From assembly GCA_937922805.1 (NCBI GenBank), contig CALAJV010000008.1:15475-79474 (forward strand): DNA of 64,000 nucleotides, given 5' to 3'. This DNA comes from an uncultured Acidimicrobiales bacterium. GTDB taxonomy: Bacteria > Actinomycetota > Acidimicrobiia > Acidimicrobiales > SZUA-35. Below are positions 35,236-43,571 of this stretch, piece after piece (positions within the stretch are counted from its first letter, which is position 1; the number at the start of each line of letters is the position of its first letter). The notes under the pieces were generated by a model. That model did not search any database. It was not told the DNA's origin and was given only the letters and a program-made list of their open reading frames with translations. Both the position numbers and the translations under genes were made by a program.

Positions 35236-37353
35236 ATGTCCTTTGGCCTTGACCGCCGTTCACGATTCCCACGATGGCTTGCACTTCTTTTTGTCGCTCT
35301 AGTAGCGGCTCTAGGAGCCGCCGCCGTTGAAGCAAACGTCAATTCCGAACCGGCCCAGGCCGCTACTCAAGTGGTGCCTTGCCACACCAACGTATGCGAC
35401 GTCGGCGCCCAAATCGACAAAGCTTGGGAGCAGAAGCGACACACTCCTGACCCCTGCCATTTCCACACCGAAGGCTCACGAATAATCATCCACAACAACT
35501 GCAAAGCAGACTTCGGCTACACCACAAAACAGCCCACGCAACCAACAAACCAACCACCAACGAACCAACAACCACCAACAAACGAACAACCGACAAACAA
35601 TCAGACGACCGACTCGATACCACAAGGGTCATCAAACGAACCAGGCGCCAACCCCTTCTACTGCGACAAAAACACCTGCGACGTCGGCGCCCAAATCGAC
35701 CAAATCTGGGAACACAAACGACACACCCAAGACGCCTGCCACTACGACACCAACGGCACCCAAATAATCATCCACAACAACTGCAAAGCAGACTTCGGCT
35801 ACACCACAAAACAACCCACACCACCAACAAACCAACCACCGGCTGGATCTGCCGGTGCCACTGATTCGTTCGGCTTGTCGGCCGGGACCGGCACTTCGGA
35901 TGAATTTCCCAAGCCGAATCCCATGTTCTGTAGCGCAGACGACGATTGCGACACTGGCGTCTTTATCGACGAGATTGAGGTAGCAGATCAGCTAAGCGCT
36001 GCAAGCTGTGCCGGCAAATTCTGGCGAGAAAGCACGTTCATCAGAGTAACCGGCGACTGCGAAGCCAATTTCCGCTACACCAAAATTGGCTCATCGGCTA
36101 CACCAGGGTCGGGCTCATCCGGGTCTGGTTCATCGGGTTCTGGGTCAACGTCTCCAGGCGACACGACGGGAACGGTGGTGACATGCAACGAACCAGTCAG
36201 CGCTCCCCTGATGGCCGGGCACAGGCGTGGGACGCACTGCGGCAATCTGAACGAAGCGACATCAAACAGAATTTCGTTCAGCGGTCAGCGATGGCGCAAA
36301 GATAGCGAACGGACCGTGAACAACACCTTCGACGGAAACCACGGCGCAGTCGGCGCTTTCCGAGTGAAATGTTTCTTCTCCCACTTTGATTATGTCGACC
36401 CCGTTGTTCACCCTGGCAACGACGCCGCCTCGCACCTCCATGCCTTCTTCGGAGCAACCACAGTAACCGGAACCGACAATCCGGCGACACTGCGAGCCAA
36501 CAATACTAGTTCAACGTGTCTCGGCGGGACTATCAACGAGTCGGCGTACTGGGTGCCGGCGTTGATGGATAAGACCACCGGAGCGCCGATTGTCCCCGAG
36601 CACGCGTTTATTTACTACAAGACGGGCTACCTACTAGGCAACGGGGCACACAACGCTGATGCAGTCGCCCAAAATCCCGGACTCAAGTACGAAAATATGG
36701 CAAGAGACAAAGCTATCCACGATGTCTTGCCCGACGTTGGAACGGTCGCGACTACGCAACATCACGCCAACCAAATGCCGTGGACATGCAAGGGAGCGCC
36801 TAGTGGCACAATTGCCGGTAAGAACCAAGTTGCGGTCGGCGAATTCACAGCGTCCCGAGTGTTCGGCGAATCCAGCCCGAAACCCAAAAAGACTATTAGG
36901 GAAACGCAGTGTAGAGCCGGCGATCTGTTGGTCATGAACGTTCGGTTCTTCCAGTGCTGGGACAGCAGCCAGAACCACAAGAGCCGAGTTGATTTGACCC
37001 AGATCAGCGGCGGAACCTGTCCAGACAAAGTCATTCCGAAAATCGAATATCAGGTGTACTACCGGCTCCCAGTCCACTCAAACAATTTGCGCCTTTCGTC
37101 TGACAACCCCAGCCCCGAGGTAGGCCAGTTTTCGGGCGAGTCCGTTCATGGCGACTGGATGAACGGATGGGATCCATTGTTCTCCGATGGAGACGACGGC
37201 TGGATACACCAGTGCATCAACTCAAGCCGCGACTGCGCGAACGAGGTACGCAAAAACAGTGACGGTTCCTGGACTCTGCTCGGCCAACTGAACCAAACCG
37301 ACCCTGCTGCTAGTGACGCTCGCCGTCCCAGCAAAGGCGGCCTCACCCACTAG
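35236..37353 (+). CDS. Secreted DUF1996-domain protein with three N-terminal 4-Cys modules
   Basis: Signal peptide 'WLALLFVALVAALGAAAVEA'. Two near-identical modules 'C..N.CDVGAQID..WE.KRHT.D.CH..T.G..IIIHNNCKADFGYTTKQPT' plus a third, diverged copy. Gly/Ser linker. C-terminal 'FRVKCFFSHFDYVDPVVHPGNDAASHLHAFFG' is the DUF1996 signature. Confidence 0.75.
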   Translation: MSFGLDRRSRFPRWLALLFVALVAALGAAAVEANVNSEPAQAATQVVPCHTNVCDVGAQIDKAWEQKRHTPDPCHFHTEGSRIIIHNNCKADFGYTTKQPTQPTNQPPTNQQPPTNEQPTNNQTTDSIPQGSSNEPGANPFYCDKNTCDVGAQIDQIWEHKRHTQDACHYDTNGTQIIIHNNCKADFGYTTKQPTPPTNQPPAGSAGATDSFGLSAGTGTSDEFPKPNPMFCSADDDCDTGVFIDEIEVADQLSAASCAGKFWRESTFIRVTGDCEANFRYTKIGSSATPGSGSSGSGSSGSGSTSPGDTTGTVVTCNEPVSAPLMAGHRRGTHCGNLNEATSNRISFSGQRWRKDSERTVNNTFDGNHGAVGAFRVKCFFSHFDYVDPVVHPGNDAASHLHAFFGATTVTGTDNPATLRANNTSSTCLGGTINESAYWVPALMDKTTGAPIVPEHAFIYYKTGYLLGNGAHNADAVAQNPGLKYENMARDKAIHDVLPDVGTVATTQHHANQMPWTCKGAPSGTIAGKNQVAVGEFTASRVFGESSPKPKKTIRETQCRAGDLLVMNVRFFQCWDSSQNHKSRVDLTQISGGTCPDKVIPKIEYQVYYRLPVHSNNLRLSSDNPSPEVGQFSGESVHGDWMNGWDPLFSDGDDGWIHQCINSSRDCANEVRKNSDGSWTLLGQLNQTDPAASDARRPSKGGLTH

Positions 37354-37410
37354 ATGTGAAACACTCCGCTGGCGTGCGACCTTACATCGCCAGCGTCTAG
37401 ACCTACGGTT

Positions 37411-37444
37411 GATGCCCCACTCAGACGCCAAGGAGTGGGGCATC
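37411..37444. terminator. Perfect 12-bp stem / 10-nt loop hairpin between convergent genes
   Basis: gatgccccactc-agacgccaag-gagtggggcatc. It lies between the stop of 35236-37353 (+) and the stop of 37542-38978 (-). There is no clear U-tract, so intrinsic terminator activity is inferred, not shown. Confidence 0.5.
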
Positions 37445-37470
37445 ACCGATTAGAACCGGTCCCGATAACC

Positions 37471-37506
37471 ATGAATCAGATCATGAATCAGATCATGAAT
37501 CAGATC
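37471..37506. repeat. Tandem 12-bp repeat (ATGAATCAGATC) x3
   Basis: Three exact head-to-tail copies at 37471-37482, 37483-37494 and 37495-37506. They sit in the intergenic region 36 nt from the stop of the RelA/SpoT-domain gene. Confidence 0.9.
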
Positions 37507-37541
37507 AGAATGGGCAACTTGATGAGCCCAGGGGCTGAGAG

Positions 37542-38978
37542 TTACGAGTTCGCCTCTTGGCCCGATATCCAGCGCCGTACTTTGGTTGCCGCCCTTGACG
37601 AGACGTCGTCGAGGATTCGGAGCTCAACCATTCGTTGCAAGGTATGACTGGAAAAGCTCTCCTTCAAACCAGCTGAGTTCGGACTTGGCACACCATCAGG
37701 CGACCGATTCCCCTCGAACGACAAGAGAGCTTTCACTACATACTCAACGTTGCGACGGGTTAGCGATTCCCCCGATGCCCGAGACATATCTCGGGCCGAA
37801 CGGGTAATCCGATTGGCAGTGGCCGTATCCGAATCGGTTGGTTTCGCTCGACGCCAAGCTTCGGTCACATGTTCGAACAACACCGGCCACTTTGTTGGTT
37901 CCAGCAGCGGGAACTGTGGATCGATTCGCTTGAGCTGACGGGCCGCCCCTGGTGCAGTTACGGCTCCCGAACCATCACCGATACGTCGCCCACCAATACT
38001 TCCCTCGGGGGTAGTTGAAGCATCTTGTCTAGCGGCATCAACCATGGGCATGAGATAGCCCTGTCGGCCTGTGCTGATCTCACCGTCGGGGACAGCGTGA
38101 AGCAAGAATCGTTTGAAGCTCCCGTGCCCAAACCAATCCTCGCTTACCTCGGCTCCAAACTCGCGTTGCAATTCCCATGCCAGCGCCGCCAGATCAGTTG
38201 GCCGTTGGAGCGATCGCCAGCGGTTGTCAAGCAACAGGGCGGCGTCAGCGGCTTGGCCTGCGAGCACTTCGGACGCTAACTGGGTTTCGTCGGTTGACTC
38301 TTCAAGAACTTGCTGATCGATGCGATCTAGCTCGGTCCGCAAATCTTCTGCGATCTCGTCAAGCACGGAAAGCAAATCAGCCATACGGGTACTCAATACG
38401 TCAACCAGGGGCGGCAAGGCCCCGTCTTTGCTGTAGGTATCTTCGTGGGTGAGTTCGCCCCAACTGTCCTGAAGAAGGGTTCGGACCTGTAGTTCGCAAA
38501 CGACCGGAACCCCGTCAAGGCCGATACCAAGGTTCACATGCCAACCTCGGTAACCGGAATCTTTCGGCTCGTTTACGTAGTCACGTTCTGACGACGGGTC
38601 GAGCCAGAGCCCAGAGCCTGGTTCACGAGCGAAACCATCGAGCGCCGTTTGGACCATATCGATGTCGCGCACGTTAATGCATGTAACTCGCAACCCAACC
38701 AGATCGTCGAGCACAAGAGGAATATCTTCTACCGTGACGATCCGCCCCTCGTACCGAGGTTGCTGAATCTTACGCCAAGTTCGACGCTTCGATTTTACCC
38801 GACCACTCGTGTTACGGATCCGGGCCAAGTCCCGATCGCTTAGCAGTTCACCAAGAGCATTGGCCAGAGACGCCGACGCCACCTCAAGGGCCGGTTCAAG
38901 AATCGACGCCCGGTACTCGTCATACCAAACGCCGAACTCGGCGTAGCCCAGCTCGGAATGGGCAGCTGTCTGAGTCAC
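37542..38978 (-). CDS. Stand-alone RelA/SpoT-homologue synthetase-domain protein with ~290-aa C-terminal extension
   Basis: Ordered synthetase motifs: 'GRVKS' (res 59-63), 'DLVGLRV' (92-98), 'SGYRGWH' (141-147), 'ELQVRTLLQDSW' (162-173), 'HEDTYSK' (178-184). No HD, TGS or ACT domains. GTG start. The C-terminal extension is Cys-free and helical. Confidence 0.8.
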   Translation of the reverse strand: MTQTAAHSELGYAEFGVWYDEYRASILEPALEVASASLANALGELLSDRDLARIRNTSGRVKSKRRTWRKIQQPRYEGRIVTVEDIPLVLDDLVGLRVTCINVRDIDMVQTALDGFAREPGSGLWLDPSSERDYVNEPKDSGYRGWHVNLGIGLDGVPVVCELQVRTLLQDSWGELTHEDTYSKDGALPPLVDVLSTRMADLLSVLDEIAEDLRTELDRIDQQVLEESTDETQLASEVLAGQAADAALLLDNRWRSLQRPTDLAALAWELQREFGAEVSEDWFGHGSFKRFLLHAVPDGEISTGRQGYLMPMVDAARQDASTTPEGSIGGRRIGDGSGAVTAPGAARQLKRIDPQFPLLEPTKWPVLFEHVTEAWRRAKPTDSDTATANRITRSARDMSRASGESLTRRNVEYVVKALLSFEGNRSPDGVPSPNSAGLKESFSSHTLQRMVELRILDDVSSRAATKVRRWISGQEANS

Positions 38979-39149
38979 GATGGCTTTATCTTAGACCCGG
39001 CACAAGACTCTTGCTGCTCTTCGCTTGAAACCTTGCGTTGAATTCGGGGTGCTGTGTGGCTCCTCAAATCGAACAGATCACCACCACGCCAGGCAGGCTC
39101 AACGATGAACAAAGGTGAGGCCTCGTAGCCGACGCACCCCACGTTACTG

Positions 39150-40715
39150 CTACGGGTTGCGGACCTTGACTAGCTCGATGAGGTCGACAAGGTTTCCACG
39201 GCTTCCTTCGTCGACAGCCCTGAGCCCAAACTCAATCGACGTTTGCCCCGGCAGAAGAACGAACTCGCCGGTATGCCTCGTCCAAGTAAGACCAGATGAT
39301 CTTGTCGCAATCGACCTTCCGTCGAGCAAGATCTGGATTGAGTCTTGACCATCTCGACCTCGGTGGTAGAACGACCATCGATAGGTTGCACCCGGTGTTG
39401 TGTTGACCCGTTGGTAGATCGAGTCGCGACGGACACTGTTTAGCTCGATGAGGTGCCGACCGTCGACAGCGTCGACTCCGTCGTATCCCGACCCCCAAAC
39501 TTCAACCACACCAGTATCGCTCCACCAACCGATGTAGGTGCCAAGCCGACGCTCACCGGCCGGCACATTATGCTGTTCAAACCCGTTGTTGTCCAGCTCC
39601 TGAAACCCTCCGATCGTTGACGGAGGACGGGTTGTCGGCGGTCTTGTCGTCGTTGGGGCCCGGGTCGTCGTAGTTGCCCTAGTTGTGGTCGGCGCCCTAG
39701 TGGTTGAAACTCGGGTAGTCGTTGGCCGTCTCGTTGTTGTTGGCTGCCTGGTTGTTGTTGTTCGTCTTGTTGTGCTTGCCTGTCTCGTCGTGGTCGCCTG
39801 CGATGTTGTTGGCCGAGCCGTAACTTGTCGGGTGGTCACGCTCGATTTTCGAGTCGTGGCCGGCTGGCTACCAACCGATGAATCGGGGATGGTCGTCAAC
39901 GGTTCATCGGATCCTGATTTCGAAGTTGTCGGCAACGGTTTTTCAGTGGAATCAGTGAGACCCTCTACCGACGAATCACGCGGCCCGGTTGACTGACCTC
40001 CGACCGGCTCAGCCGCATCTCCAACACGAAGAGTTGACGAGTCGTCTTGAGATGGTTCTGTTGTTGACGAACTACCTAGTGAACGATCGCTCTCGTCTGA
40101 GGTGCCATCTTCGTTTGCTACACCGGTGATCGAACGGTCATCGTCTGGCTGCGCTGGCGGTTCCGGAATTTCCGGATCGAAATTTGCGACGATCGACTGC
40201 TCATCGACCAAGGCCGAATCGGTTTCGCTCTCGGCTTGACTTCGAAAAGCCAAAAATGCGCTACCGGCAATCAACAGGCCGAGTAGAGCCAGAACACCCC
40301 GACGGACTGATCGCCGGTCAGACGTTGTGTTATAAGACGAACCTGAGATTCGTGTCGGGTCGATAGAACGAATGATCGATTTGGGCTCGCCGCCCACGGT
40401 GCTGGTGCTGCCAGCGTCAAACGAGTCAGACAAGAGCTTCGACATTTTCAGCTCGGCCGGGTTCTTGATTTCGTTTGATTGCTTCGGGATCTCGGCAGTT
40501 ACCTGCGCATCTTCAGATCCAGCTACTAGGTCGACGGTTCTCTCTGACGGTCCACCGTCGACGTCATCTGAAGTTTTTTCGATATCCCCACGATCGACAT
40601 CCGGAGAGTCGTCATCCCCCGGTAAGGCTCGTGGTCCCGCCTGAACCATAGTCTCCAGGGTACCGCTAATTGACACTGACTCTATAGTCGCCTTTTGCCC
40701 CCAGCCACTCGTCAA
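39150..40715 (-). CDS. Single-pass membrane protein with Thr/Arg-rich repeat linker and C-terminal jelly-roll (DUF642/CBM-like) domain
   Basis: Acidic cytoplasmic N-terminus and a TM helix 'GVLALLGLLIAGSAFLAF'. Linker '...TTTRQASTTRRTTTTRQPTTTRRPTTTRVSTTRAPTTTR...'. The C-terminal 'NNGFEQHNVP...YIGWW...HLIELNS...SIYQRVNTTPGATYRWSFYHRGR' resembles DUF642/choice-of-anchor-type domains. TTG start. Confidence 0.6.
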   Translation of the reverse strand: MTSGWGQKATIESVSISGTLETMVQAGPRALPGDDDSPDVDRGDIEKTSDDVDGGPSERTVDLVAGSEDAQVTAEIPKQSNEIKNPAELKMSKLLSDSFDAGSTSTVGGEPKSIIRSIDPTRISGSSYNTTSDRRSVRRGVLALLGLLIAGSAFLAFRSQAESETDSALVDEQSIVANFDPEIPEPPAQPDDDRSITGVANEDGTSDESDRSLGSSSTTEPSQDDSSTLRVGDAAEPVGGQSTGPRDSSVEGLTDSTEKPLPTTSKSGSDEPLTTIPDSSVGSQPATTRKSSVTTRQVTARPTTSQATTTRQASTTRRTTTTRQPTTTRRPTTTRVSTTRAPTTTRATTTTRAPTTTRPPTTRPPSTIGGFQELDNNGFEQHNVPAGERRLGTYIGWWSDTGVVEVWGSGYDGVDAVDGRHLIELNSVRRDSIYQRVNTTPGATYRWSFYHRGRDGQDSIQILLDGRSIATRSSGLTWTRHTGEFVLLPGQTSIEFGLRAVDEGSRGNLVDLIELVKVRNP

Positions 40716-40754
40716 CCAAGGTTGACGTCTTCTACTATGTCAACTAAGGTTGAC
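40711..40754. promoter_or_regulatory. Two GTCAAC-N4-GTTGAC palindromes plus candidate -35/-10 in a divergent intergenic region
   Basis: GTCAACCAAGGTTGAC (40711-40726) and GTCAACTAAGGTTGAC (40739-40754) have centres 28 bp apart. TTGACG (40722-40727), a 17-nt spacer and TAAGGT (40745-40750) form a plausible sigma-70-type promoter. That promoter would give a near-leaderless mRNA for the ATG at 40759. Confidence 0.45.
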
Positions 40755-40995
40755 AAAGATGGACGTGAGTATCGAAGAGCTCCCTCGGCCAGTTGAAACC
40801 GAGGCCGCACTAGCCGCTGTTGTCGCTCTCAGACGGAGCGCCGATCGGCTAGAAGCGGCGGCTGTGCAATGCGCTATCGAGAAGGGTTGGACTTGGCTAC
40901 AAGTAGCCGAAGCTCTCGGAGTTACAAAGCAAGCCGCTCACAAGCGCTACGCCCGACGAGTGAAACAAGCGTCAACCGAGCAAAAGGAAACCTAA
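40750..40995 (+). CDS. Small HTH DNA-binding protein
   Basis: 'GWTWLQVAEALGVTKQAAHKRYARRV' is a sigma-70-region-4/Clp-N-associated type HTH. The start is probably the ATG at 40759. Confidence 0.6.
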   Translation: MTKMDVSIEELPRPVETEAALAAVVALRRSADRLEAAAVQCAIEKGWTWLQVAEALGVTKQAAHKRYARRVKQASTEQKET

Positions 40996-41097
40996 TGTTC
41001 CGCAACCATCGAGCTCAGGGGCATAACCGAGCCCTTTCCAGCTACCCGTGAGTAGCGTGAGAGCTGTCACCTTCATCGATCACACCTCACCACGCTG

Positions 41098-41508
41098 ATG
41101 CGCAACATTGTTCGCTGGACCATTGGTGGAGCATTGTTGTTTGCGGGCTTCGGCCACCTGACATTTATGCGAACCGAATTCCAAGCTCAAGTTCCCAGTT
41201 GGTTTCCAACCGATTCCGACTTTGTGGTTCTGGCGTCGGGGATCGTCGAGATTTTCCTCGGCCTTGCATTGCTGTTTCTAGGTCGGCACAAAGTGGTAGT
41301 TGGATGGATCGTCGCTGCCTTCTTCGTGGTGATCTTTCCCGGCAATATAGCGCAATGGTACGAGGGCAACGATGCCTTTGGGCTCGACACCGATTTGAAG
41401 CGCCTCGCTCGACTTTTTTTCCAACCAGTGTTCATAGCAGTCACCCTCTGGGCGACCGATGCTTGGACGGCCTGGCGATCTAGAGGCCTGCGCTCTACCG
41501 GCGAGTGA
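41098..41508 (+). CDS. Small integral membrane protein (4 TM, DoxX-like?)
   Basis: Four hydrophobic helices ('WTIGGALLFAGFGHL', 'VVLASGIVEIFLGLALLFL', 'VGWIVAAFFVVIFPGNI', 'FFQPVFIAVTLWA'). The family call is tentative. Confidence 0.4.
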   Translation: MRNIVRWTIGGALLFAGFGHLTFMRTEFQAQVPSWFPTDSDFVVLASGIVEIFLGLALLFLGRHKVVVGWIVAAFFVVIFPGNIAQWYEGNDAFGLDTDLKRLARLFFQPVFIAVTLWATDAWTAWRSRGLRSTGE

Positions 41509-41544
41509 ACGATTTGATCGCTTGCTCTCCGTTGATCGGCCTCG

Positions 41545-42588
41545 TCAACTGTCCTTCGACGTACCGCGCCCCAGAATAAACATGGCCGCTAGGCCCGCCA
41601 TCGCCTTGCCAAAGCTCAACGGTTCCGATGCTACCGCCGAAGTCTGAACCGATGTCCGAAGTCCAGTCTGACCAGTTGCGGTTTCAACGCGTGCGGTTTC
41701 GGCCGGTGAGTTGTTACCACTTCTAGCGTCACCCAACAGCGGGCCCACTTCGAGCGCCGCGTTAACTTCAGCACCGATAATCACCGACAAAGCGGTTACC
41801 TGAAGGAAAATCATCAAGGCTGCTATTGTTCCCAACAATCCGTATGCGGCCGGCATAACGCCAACGTTGGACGAATAGAAGCTGAACCCAATGGCGAACA
41901 GCACGAACAACACCATGGCCACTACCGCTCCCAAATTTTTCCATGGAGTACGAGACGATCGATCCGGACCGTACCGATACAGAATGGTCAGCGCCCCGCC
42001 AAACAACGCCGCCATCAAGGGCAACCGCACCATGTTAATCAAGACCTCGGCTACGCCGCCCAGCTCGACCCGATCCAAAATCTGCGGAATCGCACTTATC
42101 GAAAACGCCATCAACGCAAGACCTACTATGGCGCCGGCAGTGAACACGTAGGCTAACCCTCGCACCTTCCAGCCGGGACGTTGATCAAACACCTCGTAGG
42201 CTAAGTTGATTGAGCCCATCAGCTTTTGCACCGCACCTGAAGCTGAGAACAGTGCTAGCAGCAGACCCAAGGCCAGCCCGCTAACCCGGCCGACGAAACC
42301 AGCCACCCCTCCACTATCGCCGTCGGCTGCTTCGGCGTCGTCTTCGACGTCGCCGACGATGTCTTTCAGGGTGCCTGTAATGAACGATTTCGTATCGTCG
42401 TCGAGCGACCCGGCAGCTTCAGATACTTGAGTCTCGATCTCTGCCGGGTCAGCCACCAATGCATACACCGATACCAAGGCGATCAACGTCGGGATCAGGG
42501 CTAATAGCCCGTAAAACGCAATGCCAGCAGCGCTGACCATGACGTTGTGAAACTTGATTCTGGTCAAGATCTCCTTGACGTGACCCAT
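41545..42588 (-). CDS. YihY/BrkB (virulence factor BrkB) family membrane protein
   Basis: 'SAAGIAFYGLLALIPTLIALVSVYALV' N-terminal signature and about 6 TM helices. Confidence 0.8.
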   Translation of the reverse strand: MGHVKEILTRIKFHNVMVSAAGIAFYGLLALIPTLIALVSVYALVADPAEIETQVSEAAGSLDDDTKSFITGTLKDIVGDVEDDAEAADGDSGGVAGFVGRVSGLALGLLLALFSASGAVQKLMGSINLAYEVFDQRPGWKVRGLAYVFTAGAIVGLALMAFSISAIPQILDRVELGGVAEVLINMVRLPLMAALFGGALTILYRYGPDRSSRTPWKNLGAVVAMVLFVLFAIGFSFYSSNVGVMPAAYGLLGTIAALMIFLQVTALSVIIGAEVNAALEVGPLLGDARSGNNSPAETARVETATGQTGLRTSVQTSAVASEPLSFGKAMAGLAAMFILGRGTSKDS

Positions 42589-42700
42589 GAGTTAGAACCT
42601 ACTTGCTTTCGTGTTGTTGTGCAGTCCAATCAGTTTTCTGTACCCGCTCAACCATCGCCACACCATGGTCTCGTCCGGCAATCGGTCCATCCGTATTCAG

Positions 42701-43468
42701 TTACAGACTGTTGCGCCAATCGACAAAGCGTTGCAGGTTGTCGAGCGAATAGTCGGGGCCGCCACAACCGATAGTGATTTCATCAACATTGGCGCTAGAC
42801 AACCCAGCGAATAGCGCGTCGAAATCCTCAACTTTGTCGACATCGACTCCGACCGACCGCTTTATCTCACTTGAATCTCGCCCTACTTTGCTGCACCAAT
42901 CATCGAGCACAGAATTCTTGTGCTCCCACTCATCGTTCCACCAGAAATGCCATACGTCAGCGTGACGAGCGGTGTATTGGAGCGTCTTCTTTTCGCCACC
43001 TCCACCGATGAGTAACGGAATTTTCCGAGTCGGCTGCGGGTTTAACGCCCCAAGTCGGGCTTCGATAACCGGCAAAGATTCCGACAATGCGTTCAGACGC
43101 CCCCCGGCGGTACCAAACTCGTAGCCGTACTCGTCATAGTCACGCTCGAACCACCCGGAGCCAATGCCAAGCACCAGCCGCCCATCGGAGATGTGATCAA
43201 CCGTTCGGGCCATATCAGCCAAAAGGTTCGCGTTGCGATACGTGTTGCACGTTACCAAGCATCCGATCTCGACTCGATTGGTTACCTCAGCCCACGACGC
43301 CAACATTGTCCACGCCTCAAAGTGCTCGCCATCGGCCTCGCCATACAACGGATAAAAGTGATCCCAGTTGTAGATAACGTCGGCCCCAGCTTCTTCGGCG
43401 GCGATAGCTGCTTCGCGAATTTGGCTGTAGGTCGCGTGTTGGGGATGAAGGTGCGCTGCGATTTTCAT
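42701..43468 (-). CDS. LLM-class (luciferase-like) F420-dependent oxidoreductase
   Basis: 'AEEAGADVIYNWDHF', 'ISDGRLVLGIGSGWFERDYDEYGYEF' and 'PLLIGGGGEKKTL' are typical LLM/F420 family blocks. Confidence 0.8.
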   Translation of the reverse strand: MKIAAHLHPQHATYSQIREAAIAAEEAGADVIYNWDHFYPLYGEADGEHFEAWTMLASWAEVTNRVEIGCLVTCNTYRNANLLADMARTVDHISDGRLVLGIGSGWFERDYDEYGYEFGTAGGRLNALSESLPVIEARLGALNPQPTRKIPLLIGGGGEKKTLQYTARHADVWHFWWNDEWEHKNSVLDDWCSKVGRDSSEIKRSVGVDVDKVEDFDALFAGLSSANVDEITIGCGGPDYSLDNLQRFVDWRNSL

Positions 43469-43571
43469 AGCGGCATCTTATAGGCCAAGGGCAACTAGCA
43501 ACCAGTATCAGACTCGACATTTGGTTCCGGCGGCCGAACTCGGCCGAAACAATCACCTATCCTCAGTGCCT

